Of a stretch of 64,000 nucleotides of DNA, positions 12,641 through 25,836 are shown in pieces; positions within the stretch are counted from its first letter, which is position 1, and each line of letters opens with the position of its first letter. The notes below the pieces were generated by a model. The model searched no databases, was not told the origin of the DNA, and saw nothing but the letters and a program-made list of their open reading frames with translations. The position numbers and the translations under genes were made by a program. Source of the stretch: Octopus sinensis (taxonomy: Eukaryota); assembly GCF_006345805.1 (NCBI RefSeq), contig NC_043007.1:63116001-63180000 (forward strand). The letters run 5' to 3'.

Positions 12641-12946
12641 CACTATTGAGGTTGCTACACAGTTCACAGGATATAAACCCTGAAGGTAATGGTGATGGGG
12701 TCAGCTTCATGCTAGGAGACAATGGGATTACTATGTGAAAGGGAGAGCAGTGCAACTTCTTGTAGAGGGATCTGCATGGCTACTCACATCTAATAAGGGA
12801 AAGTTGGAGAGAGAAAGAAAAGAATGATCAGTAGGGGATGCAAGAAATAGATAATGGTAATAAGGGGCCCAGGTGGCCCCACAAGGCACAAACTGAGTAA
12901 AAGTGGGTAGTGGACAGTTTGCAAGATTGTACAGGAAGGAAGTGAA

Positions 12947-13279
12947 GGCACATGGCTCAGTGGTTAGAGCATCGAGTTTACAATCGTGAGGTTGTGAGTT
13001 CGAATCCCAGACCGGGCTGTATGTTATGTTCTTGAGCAAGACACTTTATTTCACATTGCTCCAGTTCACTCAGCTGTAGAAATGAGTTGTGACGATACTG
13101 GTGCCAAGCTGTATCGGCCTTTGCCTTTCCCTTGGATAACACTGGTGGTGTGGAGAGGGGAGGCTGGTATGCATGGGCGACTACTAGTCTTCCATAAAAA
13201 CAACCTTGCCCAGACTCGTGCCTGAGAGGGTAACTTTCTAGGTGCAATCCCATGGTCAGTCATGACCGAAGGGGGTCTC
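12947..13279 (+). mobile_element. Well-preserved tRNA-derived SINE with intact Pol III boxes
   Basis: Box A TGGCTCAGTGG (12953-12963), box B GTTCGAATCC (12998-13007), then ttcttgagcaagacacttta. The flanks acaggaaggaagtgaa and acaggaaagaaaataa look like a diverged TSD. Confidence 0.85.
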
Positions 13280-13659
13280 AGCAACAGGAAAGAAAATAAT
13301 GGGATAAGGAGCAGACTGCTAAAATGGGTAGAACTGAAGGGTGGATGAACAAAGAACAATGAGCTGGGGAAAACAGGGATGTAGAAGAGAGAGTGGGGGT
13401 GGTTAACAGTAGGAGTAGTAAGATGAAACAATTGCCAGGGGGAAGGACAAGAGAGGAAGATAACACAGTTGGGTAGTCTGGAGGCGCTGGGAGAAGGAGA
13501 GGCAGGCATAATGCTTGAGAAGGAGGAGACAGTCATTATTACATGGGTAGAGAGCACAAAATAAAGCACTTCCACAACTCAGTTTTGCTAAATAGGACAA
13601 GTTTTTTGGAGAACCTCATATTGCCAGAAATCCCAGTCGTTGGTCAACTTTTCTGCCAA

Positions 13660-14410
13660 GATCAGGGTTTTCAGCTCAACCTTCACCACTTTATCCCATA
13701 TCTGAGATTCCCTCTTCCACAAGTTCCAACCACATAAATGACCAGCACTTCTTTATACAGTTGTCCTTATCCACATGCATCACATGTCCATACCAGTATA
13801 GTCTTCCTTCTTGAACACAACATCTGATTCCTCTTCTGCCCTGTTTTTCATTCACCACCTTTGTACAAATTCTTTCACACACACACTTGAGAGAGAACAA
13901 AAAAAAAAAAAATTAAGAGAGAAAAGAATGTGTAGAGATTAACAGTTCAACATAATATATATCAAGAGCCTATCTCTAATTGTAGAGGGAACATGTGGAA
14001 GGGGTAGACCCAGGAAGATGAGAGATGAAGTGGTGAGAAAGGATCTTCACACATTGGAACTCAAAGAGGATGACAGGAGGCTGAGACTCCTGGTGGTTTG
14101 AGAAAACACACCAAGCTAAGTAAAAGCATGGTTGTCCTTGCAGACAGGCTTGTTTCCTACATCCCTCTCAAGCTGAGCATTCCTAATCTTACAGGCTTGT
14201 GGGTGCCACATAAAAAGCATCCATGCTATGCTGCATAAATGCACCCAGTACACTCTGTAAAGTGGTTGGCGTTAGGAAGGGCATCCAGCTGTAGAAACCA
14301 TGCCAAAACAGACATGGAGCCTGGGCAGCTCTTCAGCTGGCCAACCCCTATCAAGCTGTCCAACCCATGCCAGCATGGAAAATAGTCGTTAAAGGATGAT
14401 GATGATAATC
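13660..14410. mobile_element. RTE LINE 3'-end fragments (minus ~13660-13890, plus ~13960-14410)
   Basis: RLYWYGHVMH and EGTCGRGRP-like C-terminal RTE motifs plus the (GAT)n tail. Confidence 0.7.
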
Positions 14411-14415
14411 TCTCT

Positions 14416-14459
<44 letters not shown>

Positions 14460-14534
14460 ACAGAATTCTTTCAGTATCTGTCAAGCAAATCCACTCACAA
14501 GGCTTTAGTTACTTACCCCAAAATTGCCAAACCA
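14347..14534 (+). repeat. Copy 1 of a local direct duplication flanking EGLN1 exon 2
   Basis: Identical to 15049-15291 apart from microsatellite length. Confidence 0.9.
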
Positions 14535-14615
14535 CATAGTTGGAAAGTGAACTTCTTAACCACACAGCCATGCCTTTTAAAGGTTTTGTTTTGTTTTTTG
14601 GTATTTGTTTTTTTA

Positions 14616-14771
<156 letters not shown>

Positions 14772-15048
14772 TTAAAATTTCCCAGTCTACCCATCATTTC
14801 AACTCGCCACATATTTCAAGATATCATGAATAAATAAAACAAAAAATATTGAAAAGTTAAACAAAATTTACAGAACTTCCTTTCAAATGGCTTGCATTTA
14901 TTTTTAATTTGTATTAATGTGTGGTGTATTTGTTTTGTTTTTGTTCTTCTTTTATCTTTTACTTGTTTCAGTCACTAGACTGCAGCCATGCATGGACATT
15001 GCCTTGAAGAATTTTTAGTCGAATGAATTGAGCCCAGTATTTTTTAAG

Positions 15049-15108
15049 CCTATCAAGCTGTCCAACCCATGCCAGCATGGAAAATAGTCGTTAAAGGATG
15101 ATGATGAT

Positions 15109-15163
<55 letters not shown>

Positions 15164-15175
15164 TCTCTCTCTCTT

Positions 15176-15213
<38 letters not shown>

Positions 15214-15291
15214 ACAACAGAATTCTTTCAGTATCTGTCAAGCAAATCCACTCACAAGGCTTTAGTTACTTACCCCAAAATTGCCAAACCA
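15049..15291 (+). repeat. Copy 2 of the local direct duplication, inserted within a SINE
   Basis: Same sequence as 14347-14534 with longer (CT)n/(CA)n; it interrupts a SINE between aagcct and atcg. Confidence 0.9.
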
Positions 15292-15928
15292 TCGCTTTTG
15301 CCAAACTGCTAAGTTGCAGGGACATAAACACACCAACACCAGTTGCCAAGCAACAGAGGGGAAACAAACACAGACACACACAGATATATGCATATATATA
15401 TATATATGTAAAAATATAAAATTAATTAAATGTCCATAAATTAATATATATTCTTCAATTACTTTTATTAATCCCTTGGTTTAAAACTTATTCTAGTTAG
15501 GTTCATACACTACATACCCTACAACTAATTCATACTCATTATGATACAACTTCTTTCCTGAGCGTCCAATAATACTATATTTGTTCCACGTCCTCGCGTT
15601 GTTGTGTTTTTTTGTGCTTTCTTGTTTGGATTAACTTTATATATATATAACTAATTTAGAGACAAACCACCATTCCACAACTCAGTCAACCATGCTTTGT
15701 GACATATACCATACACAATACTAATCTAAAATTTTAATAATATATAATATTGAACAGTAAGATTATTGCAATCATATAATATATAAGAGCAAATACTTTT
15801 AAAATCACATCAAATACCATACAAAGATACATTCATCATAAAAATATTAATCTAAAATCAAATAAAGTATAAACTGAACAATAAAAATTAATACAATAAT
15901 ATAATGTATAAAAGTAAGTACTTGTACA

Positions 15929-16047
15929 TCGACTACACATGTTTCATGGCTGCATTAGGACTATATAAAATCATATTAGCAGCCATATCCAAGTTCATTA
16001 GAACAGAAAAGTGTTTTACTCCCAAAAGTAGTCACTCCTCAGGTCAA
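15929..16047 (-). ncRNA. Type I hammerhead ribozyme motif (sense within EGLN1 intron 1)
   Basis: UUGAC-CUGAGGA-GUGACU..long loop..AGCCAU-GAAA-C-AUGU-GUA-GUCGA. Stem I is 5 bp (one G.U), stem II is 6 bp (one mismatch, one G.U), and minimal stem III contains the palindrome ACAUGU; predicted cleavage after GUA (plus 15934-15936). Confidence 0.7.
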
Positions 16048-16866
16048 ATTCCTAAAAAAAACCCCCTAAAAACTAAAAGTTTAACTTACCTCATAATATG
16101 ATAAGGAATATAAAAAATAAGGAATAAAATTATATATATAAAGAAATAAAACCTGTAATGTAATCCCTAAGTTAAAGACATTAATATTATTAAAAGTTAT
16201 GAACTAAAATATTCAAATAGAGTATTATTGTGAACATGATTAATTCATTAAGGAGAAGGTAAATAAATGTAAATACGTGTTAGTGTATAAAGTTAATAAA
16301 CAACATATGTTGATACTGTTTAGAATAAATTTTTAAAAAAATTTTAAAAACATGACTTATCTGCCAGTGAATCACTGTAGATTGAACCAAAATAAGTGTA
16401 TTTGAACATTTATACTGAAAAGTCCATTACTCAGAGATAAATACGTATTATACTTACTATAATAATAACGAAATTATCGAAAAATAAGGTCTACCTAAAG
16501 TATATTGTTTAGTGAAGATTTAAAATACTTAAAACCTTTAGATCTACGAAAAATAATAACTATAACACGTACGAAATTTATGTATTACATAAATAATGCT
16601 ATAAAACATTGTAAGAATGCACATATTATCGTCGAATTTTTTATTAGTAAAAAGATAGTTATTTATTTTAATTATATATAATTAAGTAATATTTAAAGTG
16701 TATTCTAAGCTAATTATATGTATTTAACGCTACTAATCATAACTATTGTGGAATGGTGGTTCATCTCTAAATTAGTTATATACATATATTATATATTACG
16801 AAATTCAGTCTAATATTATTATACTGAATTTTACCTGTAAGGTTGGAATAATAATTTATTCCCTAA

Positions 16867-16926
<60 letters not shown>

Positions 16927-17053
16927 AGAGAGAAACCACTATTTAGTTATTCCATCAATAGTGAAAAGATATTATCTATAATAACCACATAGAAATTAAT
17001 TAAATATCTTATAATTATTATTCTAAAATTCCCATAACAAATCAAACATTAAA

Positions 17054-17149
17054 TTGACTACGCGTGTTTCATGACTAAATATATAAATCAACAATATTAA
17101 AATTTAATATTAATTCAATTTTAAAATATTTAGCCACTCTTCAGGTCAA
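17054..17149 (-). ncRNA. Type I hammerhead ribozyme motif (sense within EGLN1 intron 1)
   Basis: UUGAC-CUGAAGA-GUGGCUAAAUA..UAUUUAGUCAU-GAAA-C-ACGC-GUA-GUCAA. Perfect 5-bp stem I, 11-bp stem II (two G.U), intact core, and a minimal stem III containing the palindrome ACGCGU. Confidence 0.8.
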
Positions 17150-18499
17150 AAAGATAACATAAATAAATTCAGATATTATAATAAAACAATAAATATATAA
17201 ATATATGTATATTAACAGTAAATAATTCAATGAAATTTAACAATATTAATGTAAAGCAATTTCATATTGATGAAAACCAGTTAAAAGAAATTTTAAACTT
17301 TAAACTTACAATATAGCGTTGTAAAAAAAAACCTATCTCGTTAAACATGACGTAAACAATAAATATACAATAAATAAATATATATATGTATTTAACGATA
17401 AAAATTAAAATAATCAAAAACATGACATAATATACCATTTACGGGGGAAAATTCTAAAATTCTCAATAATTTAAAACTATGACTTTATATGTAAAAATAT
17501 ATGATTAATTAAATGTCCATAAATTAATATATATTCTTCAATTACTTTTATTAATCCCTTGGTTTAAAACTTATTCTAGTTATGTTCATACACTACATAC
17601 CCTACAACTAATTTATACTCATTATGATACAACATAATATAACTACATAAATTAATAAATTAATAACATAAATCAGGTTATATATATTCACAAATTATCT
17701 AAACTTATTATATAAGTAATTTGACCTATGTCTATATTTAATTTTCCTCTCATCTTGGAAATTAATCAATTGTTTTTTAGATCGTAATATCTCCAAAAAT
17801 TCATTTGTACATAGTAAACAAAAATCATTACCTATTTGATCAAATTTAGCTTCACAAACTATCTCCCATTTTAAATTATACTTAATTCCTTTATATTTCA
17901 ATTCCTATATATATTTGCTAAGGCTAGTAGAATTAATCAATGGGTTTCTTTCCGTTTCTGTGAACCAAATCCACTCACAAGGCTTTGGTCTGCTTGAGGC
18001 TATAGTAGAACACATTTGCCCAAGGTGTCACACAGTGGGACTGAATCTGGAATCATGTGGTTGGGAAGCAACTTGTTGAGTGTTTTATATATTTTCACAG
18101 ATTTTAGATATTTGCATGTGAATTGTTATAACAAGTGTGTCATAGATAGTTGAATATCACTTCTAGTACTAAGCACTCAAACACAAAGTAGAGATTGTCA
18201 CCAAATGCAAACGTAGATAATGATTGTAGCAAAGTTTAGGTACTTGACTGCAAGATCAGTGGATCAACACACTGTAAAATAATGGTCAACGTTGCTTTTG
18301 CTGGTTCATGCATAAATATTACATTATACATTTTTTTTAAGTATATGAAAAGAAATGTTAAAACTAATTTTTAAAGGCTCATAATCAAATTTAACCTTTT
18401 AGCATTCAAACTTCTTTGTCAAGCATATTGCTTATTTATTCATATTGTTTTGAATTAATTACGCATTATCTCGTAACTTCAAGATTTCAATAGTTATCA

Positions 18500-19840
18500 T
18501 CTTCATCATTATCATCATTCAACGTCCACCTTCCATGTTTGCATGGGTTGGACAGTTTGACAGGACCTGGCCAGACAGGAACCTGCACCAGACTACTGTA
18601 TCTGTTTTGGCATGGTTTTTACTGCTGGATGTCCTTCCTAACAACAAACACCCAGCAGGGTGGACACGCACAGTAGAGCAAATGATTATAAGTATCATCA
18701 TGATTTAATGCCCACCTTCCTTGCAGGCAAGCCAAAGGGCTGCACCAAGCTCCACTGTCAGCTTTGACGTGGTTTTTACAGCCAGATGCCCTTCCTAATG
18801 CCAACCACTTTACAGAGTGGACTGGGTGCATTTTACATGATACTAGCAAGGTCACCATATAACTTGCAAGACAAAAATTTCTCAACTGAGACAGGCAGTG
18901 ATATTGAAGGAAGTGGCTTTGTACCATGTGAAGAGAAGTTAAACTACAATAGAAGGACAGAAACAGTGTCTTGCCATAGAGGAAGTACATGGTTACCCCA
19001 GTTGGAGTGAATGAGAGAGACGGATGGTGGTGATATGTCAGGGAATACTCTGAAGATATAAGGATGTGAATAGAAATGGAATGGTAGAGGATTGCTCAAT
19101 AGAAAAAGCAACTGGACCAACAGGTACAGTGACTGAAATGCTGAATGTACCAGGTAGAAGGGTAGATTGTGTGCATCATCAATCAGATAGTTGCTATAGC
19201 AGTATTATTAACTTCTACAAAAGTAAAAGGAAATATAAGAGAGAGAGATGATATTATGATACCATATATTTGATTGATCAAGTATCAATATGAATTAGGA
19301 CAGAATTAAAAACCATATTAAGAAAAATATTTCCAAAATACATAATCATAGAGTTCAAAAGATTTTCAAAGTCAGAATTTCACTCTAAACACCAACAAGG
19401 TAGATTGCAACAAGGTCCAGTGGTTTCAATTCACACAGATTGAAATTATTGCATTAGAGCAACACAATGAACTTATTGCATTAGAGCAATGGTTCTTACC
19501 AAACTAGAGCGAGCTGGTTTATACAAACATCTACCTGCAGTTTTCTGGAGAATAAGTCAAGCTAGGAACATATTCAATTTAAATCACTACAGCAAACCAT
19601 CAGTTTGATTTAGGATTGTTTATGTGATTGCAAGAGTTACAGTGCAACTGAGTAAGAACAGAATTAATTTAGATAAGACGATTTGACTTGGTCCAATGAA
19701 AAAGATACTATTAATGTCCTCTTGTTGGTGAAACAACTGCAGGAGAAATATTAGCTAAAAGTAAACTGTTCTACCTTGCATATATTGACCTGGAGAAGGC
19801 TTTTGATAGTTTCATGATATATTATGTGGTGAGTGTTAAG
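18500..19840. mobile_element. RTE-tail/SINE fragments (minus, ~18500-19020) and a degenerate RTE RT fragment (plus, ~19630-19840)
   Basis: Tail motif gatgcccttcctaatgccaaccac. LLVKQLQEKYLAKSKLFYLAYIDLEKAFD matches the RT region of 38745-41100. Confidence 0.65.
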
Positions 19841-21856
19841 TGTGATTGTTTATTTTTAGAATGACATTAAAAGGTAAGTGTGAGTGGTTGGATCTGGTTA
19901 GTTTTAACATAAAACAGATAGAATGTATGAGCCAGATGTGGCTGAATTAAATGCTAAAGGGTTCATTTTAGTACTAAGACAGGTTGAAGGAAAATATTTA
20001 AAACTTGATAAGCAATTTATCTCACATGTAGATATAACATAGTCAAACATCAATTGTTTGCATTTTCTGCTATTTGTAAATATCAGCAAAATCCAGTATC
20101 AAGTGATTAGATCTGTTTCACAGGAGGAAGGAAATTACCATTTGTAATATTCACATTTTCTAGAGACTAAGGCAGCAAGCTGATAGAATCGTTAGCACAC
20201 CCACCAGGTAAAATTTTTAGCGGAATGTCATCTGTCTTTACATTCCAGGTTCAAATTCCACTCAGCTTGACCTTGTCTTTCATCCTTTCAGGGTCAATAA
20301 AATAAGTACCAGTTGACCAAACCCCTCCCAAAAAATTGCTGGCTTTTTGCTAAAAATTTGAAGCTAATATTCATGTTTTCTAAAGAGGATTAGTAACATA
20401 AATGAAATGACATGGTTTAAAATTGGGTATCAAGAGGCTTGAAGCCATTCCTAAAGTATAGTGTTAATAGTCAATTATACACACACACACACACACACAC
20501 ATTTGTATATGTATATATATTAATACAAAGCATTGATCCCCAAGTATGACTTTTGCTGCCCTTACACATAAGCACAGGCATGGGTGTGTGGTTAAGAAGT
20601 TCACCTTACAGTCACATGATGTTAGGTTCAGTCCCACTGGATGATACCTTGGGTAAGCATCTACTATACCCCTGAAGTCAATCAATGCTTTGTGAGTGAA
20701 TTTGATTGATGGTAATATTAAATTTGTGTTCATCACTACCAGGACATAAATTAAGATATTTACTTAATCTCTTATCTTTTACTCATTTCAGTCATGAGAC
20801 TGTGGCTATGCTGGGGCACCACTTTGAAGTATTTTAGTCAAGCATATCAACCTTAATACTTCTTTTTTGAAGCCTGGTACTTATTCTATCAGTCTCTTTT
20901 ACCAAACCACTAAGTTACAGTGATGTAAACACACCAACACCAGTCATTAAGCAGTGGTGGGGGACAAACACAGACACAAAGGAAAACACACACACATATA
21001 TAGAGTGGGCTTCGTTCAGTTTCCATCAATCAGATCCACACACAAGGCTTTGGTCTGTCTGAGGTTATAGTAGAAAACACTTTCCCAAAGTGCCATGCAG
21101 TGGGACTTGAACCCAGAACCCTGTGGTTAGGAAGCAAACTTCTTACCACACAGTCACATCTGTAGAAATATTAAGAGCAACTATGAAAGGAAAATCATAA
21201 ATAGCTAGGGTTATTGAACCTAAGGGTTTCAAATATGCAACACCACTATTGGCATGGTGAACTTCTTGTACAACATTATAAGGTTTTCAATATCATTTGT
21301 GGTAGCAGATTGGTGTGAAGAGGGCAAGAGAAAGAAAAAGAGAAAACTTGGTGATAGCTGATAGTTTATAGCACTAAGAGTAAATCTTTTTAAATAATAT
21401 ATATTTATGGTAAAATAACAAACATGTCCATAAGTGACAGAGATTCCTTAGTTTTAATCCCAGGTTCAGTAATTCTAAGTAGATAAGAGATGAATCTTAC
21501 CCCTCCTGGGTAAGAAACATATGAGTTTGAGCTCTCTCAAGGATTCAAGCTATAAATATAAACAGCACCAGAGTTAGGTTGTATCCTTTATTAAATTGCA
21601 TTGTTTTAACTTAGCTGGAAATAGGTGCTCCTACAATTTATCCAATTTTCTTCATTTATTTAAGTGTTGTTGTTTTATCTTTTAAAGCAGAATTTTTTCT
21701 TTCTCTCTCTCTTTTTTAATAGCAAATAAATATTGAAAATCAGGTTCTTCAATTCGAAATAGTCGCAACTACTGGGCATTTGGTTGAAGCCAAAATTATG
21801 CTTGACATGGAACATTATTAAGAATTTTTACCTTTGATTTGATAATCCTACATGTT

Positions 21857-21918
<62 letters not shown>

Positions 21919-21949
21919 GTTTTTATATATATATATACAGTTTCCATTA

Positions 21950-22780
21950 CTTAGGGTGTTCTGAAAGTATAGCTGCCAGAATAAGAACAAGCTGGGAAAA
22001 GTTCAGAGAGCTACTCCCTCTGTTGATAAAAAAGGACCTCTCCTTCAGCAGGCTGGTTGTATGATGCCTGTGTATAAACAGCTATGCTGCATGGCAGTGG
22101 GGCATGGGCTGTGACTACTGAGGACATGCAAAGACTTGAAAGAAATGAAACCAATATGCTCTGTTCAATGAGTAATGTCAGTGTGCTTATATGACAGAAT
22201 GTAAGTGATTTGAGAGAAAAATTGGATATACAAGGCATCAGATATAGTGTGCAAGAAAGAAGATTGTGCTGGTACAGTCATGTAGTGCATATGATTGAAG
22301 ACAGTTGCACCAAGAGGTGGCAATCTCTAATTTTGGAGGGAACATGTAGAAGGAGTAGACAGAGGAAGATGTAGGATGAAATGCTGAGAAAGGATCTTCA
22401 GATGCTGGAACTCACAGAGTGAATGACAGGGAACCGAGACTTCTGCACTTTGCTGTGGTTGAGAAGACATGTCAAGCTAAGTAAAATCATGATTGTCCTT
22501 GCATACAGGCATGTCCTCCGCATCCCTCTTCTTTTGAGTATTCCTAATCTTGCAGGTTGATGGGTACCGGTGCCATGTAAAATACACCCTTACTGGTACC
22601 ACGTAAAAGCACCCATGCCAGTGCTGTGTAAAAGCACCCAGTACATTCTGTAAAGTGGTTGATGTTAGGAAGGGCATCCAACTGTAGAAACAGACATACA
22701 GCCTGAGTAGCTCTTCAGCTAACCAGTTCCTGTCAAACTGCCCAATCCATACCAGCATGGACATTAAATGATGATTATAT
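21950..22780 (+). mobile_element. RTE LINE 3' portion
   Basis: GCSESIAARIRTSWEKFRELLPLL...; collinear with the 3' part of 38745-41100 and ends in gatgattat. Confidence 0.8.
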
Positions 22781-23140
22781 ATATATATATATATCGGATG
22801 TTAAACGATGATGATGATATATATATATATAACCCAAACCAGCATGGAAAGTAGATGCTGACTGATGATGATGATGGAATTTTTTTCCCAAATAAATTGC
22901 AATTCATATTCAAGGCTCCAATGAAGTTCTAAGGTGTTATTCAGGCGCTCAAATAGGAGTCCACTGCATCTTGTAGCAGAAACAGCTGTAACCTAATGAA
23001 GTTCATAAGCTAATCATTTATTCCTTTGACATTATATTTTCTTATTACTATTTTATACTTGCCTAACACTTCGTTCTGAAGTATACAGATATTGAGTTCT
23101 ACACCTGGTTATTAGTCTCACAATGCTTAAAGGAAATAGC

Positions 23141-23294
23141 AGTGGCTGTGTCGTACGTAGTTTGCTTACCAACCACATGGTTCCAAGTTCAGTCCCACTG
23201 CGTGGCACCATGGACAAGTGTCTTTTACTATAGCCTTGGGCCAACCAAAGCTTTGTGAGTGGATTTGGTAAATGGAAACTGAAAGAAGCCCATC

Positions 23295-23354
<60 letters not shown>

Positions 23355-23560
23355 TTGTGAGTGAATGTTTGTCCCCCCCAACATCGCTTGACAACAGATG
23401 GTGGTGTGTTTATGTCCCCATAACTTAGCAGTTTGGCAAAAGAGACTGATAGAATAAGTACTAAGTTTACAAAGAATAAGTGCTGGGGTCAATCTGTTTG
23501 ACTAAAGGCAGTGCTCCAGCATGGCTGCAGTCAAATGACTGAAACGAATAAAAGAATATA
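23141..23560 (+). mobile_element. Full-length tRNA-derived CORE-like SINE with internal (TG)n
   Basis: Head ggttccaagttcagtcccactgcgtggcacc...gacaagtgtctt, tail gactgaaacgaataaaagaata. Confidence 0.8.
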
Positions 23561-23740
23561 TATATATATATGTATGTATATATGTATTCATACATTTAAA
23601 CTAGGAAGGGCATCCAGCCGTAGAAACACTGCCAGATTTGACTGGGCCTGATGAAGCCTTCTGGCTTCACAGACCCCAGTAGAACCGTCCAACCCATGCT
23701 AGCATGGAAAACGGACGCTAAATGATGATGATGATGATGA

Positions 23741-23781
<41 letters not shown>

Positions 23782-24489
23782 CAAAATAAGAAAATGGAGA
23801 AATACATCGAAATCAAATATCAATTACCAGATTATGAATTTGTGGTAAAACATTTTACCTTTGCCCATATAATACAATAAATGAATTAATTGTATCGCAA
23901 TTCTTAACATTTATGTATTAACTTTGTTGGGTACTTCACTAGCAGTATATTGGATATATGTTATTCCATGGAGGATTGCATTTACAACCCCTATCTCAAT
24001 TTGTGTATATATATATATATATATATCCGCACATATACATAGAATTGATGATTGCCGCATCTTATCAAATGACAGCCATCTCATATTCAGCCAGATTTTT
24101 CTGATTTACTTTCATCTTTGCATGTGCATAGACATGGCTTTTCAGTACAGCCAATGATTGACATGGTACTAGACAGGCGATAAACGTGATCTTGTGTCTG
24201 CACAGGATTAATTTCATTAGTTGTGGCTGATGTTGGTGATAAACCAGGACTGGTCTTGCATGCCTTGTTGCAGACTGGACAAGTAGTGGGGCCTAATGAT
24301 TCTCATGGGCCTTCAGGTGATTTACATAGTCACATAGCCTGATTTACAGAGAAGGACACATTGGTAAAGATTACTGTTCCAGTTATCTGTATTACTAGTG
24401 TCTGCTAGCTCTCCTTTTCTTAGAATTCTCTTTAGTTTAGCATACATCGCTCTTCCTTTATCCAACATTTTACATACTGACATAGTTCT

Positions 24490-24720
24490 CCAATTACATA
24501 CATATGTATACATATACACACACACATATATATAACATAGATATAAACATACGTATATGTACATACATACATATATATATATACATGCATATATATATAA
24601 ATATATATATATATGTACATACATATATACACATACATATATACACCTGCTTATATATATATATGTACATACATATATATACACACACATATATATGTAC
24701 ACACACACACAAGCATATAT
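24490..24720. repeat. Compound (TA)/(TACA)/(CA) microsatellite
   Basis: Seen directly; source of several spurious ORFs. Confidence 0.95.
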
Positions 24721-24721
24721 A

Positions 24722-25567
24722 CAGGGTGCAATGGGTAAATTGTTACCATTTTATATTTTTAATTTCATGTATGCACATTGTTTGGTTTTGATTTTTGTCA
24801 ACTACACGGTATAGTAGGGTCAGCTGGGCACTGTCTGTGAGAAAAACAGCACCGTGACACAGTTCACTCTGCCAGAAATTTGGAAACTACATGCTGTACT
24901 GCTTGGCATTCATGCCAGAAGCTCCAATACGAACATTTCAGAGTGTTTGGGTGTCAATCTGAGGACATGCACCGAGAGTTATAAAAATCAAACATCCAGT
25001 CAACATCATGGTGTTTGGAGTGATCACTAGTGATGGCAACGTTATGCCTCCATTCTTCTTCCCACACAACCTTAGACTCAACATGGAGACCTACATCAAG
25101 TGCCTGGAGGAGGTAGTACTGCCTCCGGTCAAGAGAGTGGCTGCTGGAAAACTCTATGTCTGGAAACAGGACTCTGCACCATGCCACACAAGTAAGAGAA
25201 CCCAGTCTGGCTGTCAGACAATTTCTGCGACCACATCACCCCTAACATCTGGCCACCCAGAATGCAACTCTCTTGATTAATATGTGTGGGATGCAGTTGA
25301 GTGAGAGACCAACAAAACTCCTCGTAACACCAAAGATGAACTGAAGGCAAGGATTATGACGGCATTCACCACTTAAGCAAGGAGACCATCCGGAAGAGTT
25401 GCCGGAGATTCTGAAGTTGTCTGGAGGCTGTGGTTGAAGCCAATGGCAATTTTATTGAGTAAATTTACTCTTTGGTATTTATGTAATTTAGGTAAATATA
25501 TCTGTTAAAATGAGACATCAGTATCATTTTCATTTTTGCATAATTTAGATGACAATTTATTCATTAC

Positions 25568-25573
<6 letters not shown>
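24722..25573 (+). mobile_element. Internally deleted maT/DD37D-type Tc1-mariner element with both TIRs
   Basis: Imperfect ~26-bp TIRs CAGGGTGCAATGGGTAAATTGTTACC and (rc) TAGGGTGTAATGAATAAATTGTCATC, with TA flanks. Transposase fragment MVFGVITSDGNVMPP...YVWKQDSAPCHTSKRTQ...IWPP. Confidence 0.85.
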
Positions 25574-25663
<90 letters not shown>

Positions 25664-25836
25664 CACACATATATATGTAGATATATATACATACATACAT
25701 ATACATACATATATATATATATATACAAACACATATACACATACATACATGCATAGATATGCATGCATACACATACATACATACATACATAAATACATAC
25801 ACATACATGCATACATACATATATACATACATATAC
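25574..25836. repeat. Compound (TA)/(TG)/(TACA) microsatellite
   Basis: Seen directly. Confidence 0.95.

Larger units (their letters stand above)
15645..17905. mobile_element. Cluster of very AT-rich Penelope-like element 3' ends (about three, mixed orientation)
   Basis: Minus ORF 17695-17901 (YNLKWEIVCEAK...FCLLCTNEFLEIL...LINFQDERKIKYRHRSNY) matches the C-terminus of PLE GIY-YIG endonucleases (KW.I...C.LC..EK..I...LN.R.E....CRH). A shared terminus GTGGTT..TCTAAATTA abuts (TA)n at ~15645, ~16785 and ~16919. Two hammerheads are included. Confidence 0.7.

Noticed and set aside
12947-13020. Possible tRNA gene
   Set aside because: Boxes A and B are present, but there is no clean acceptor stem or anticodon arm and it continues into a SINE body.
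16410-16455. Hammerhead-like CTGAAAA...AAATACGTA on plus
   Set aside because: Core G8 and G12 are missing and stem I does not pair.
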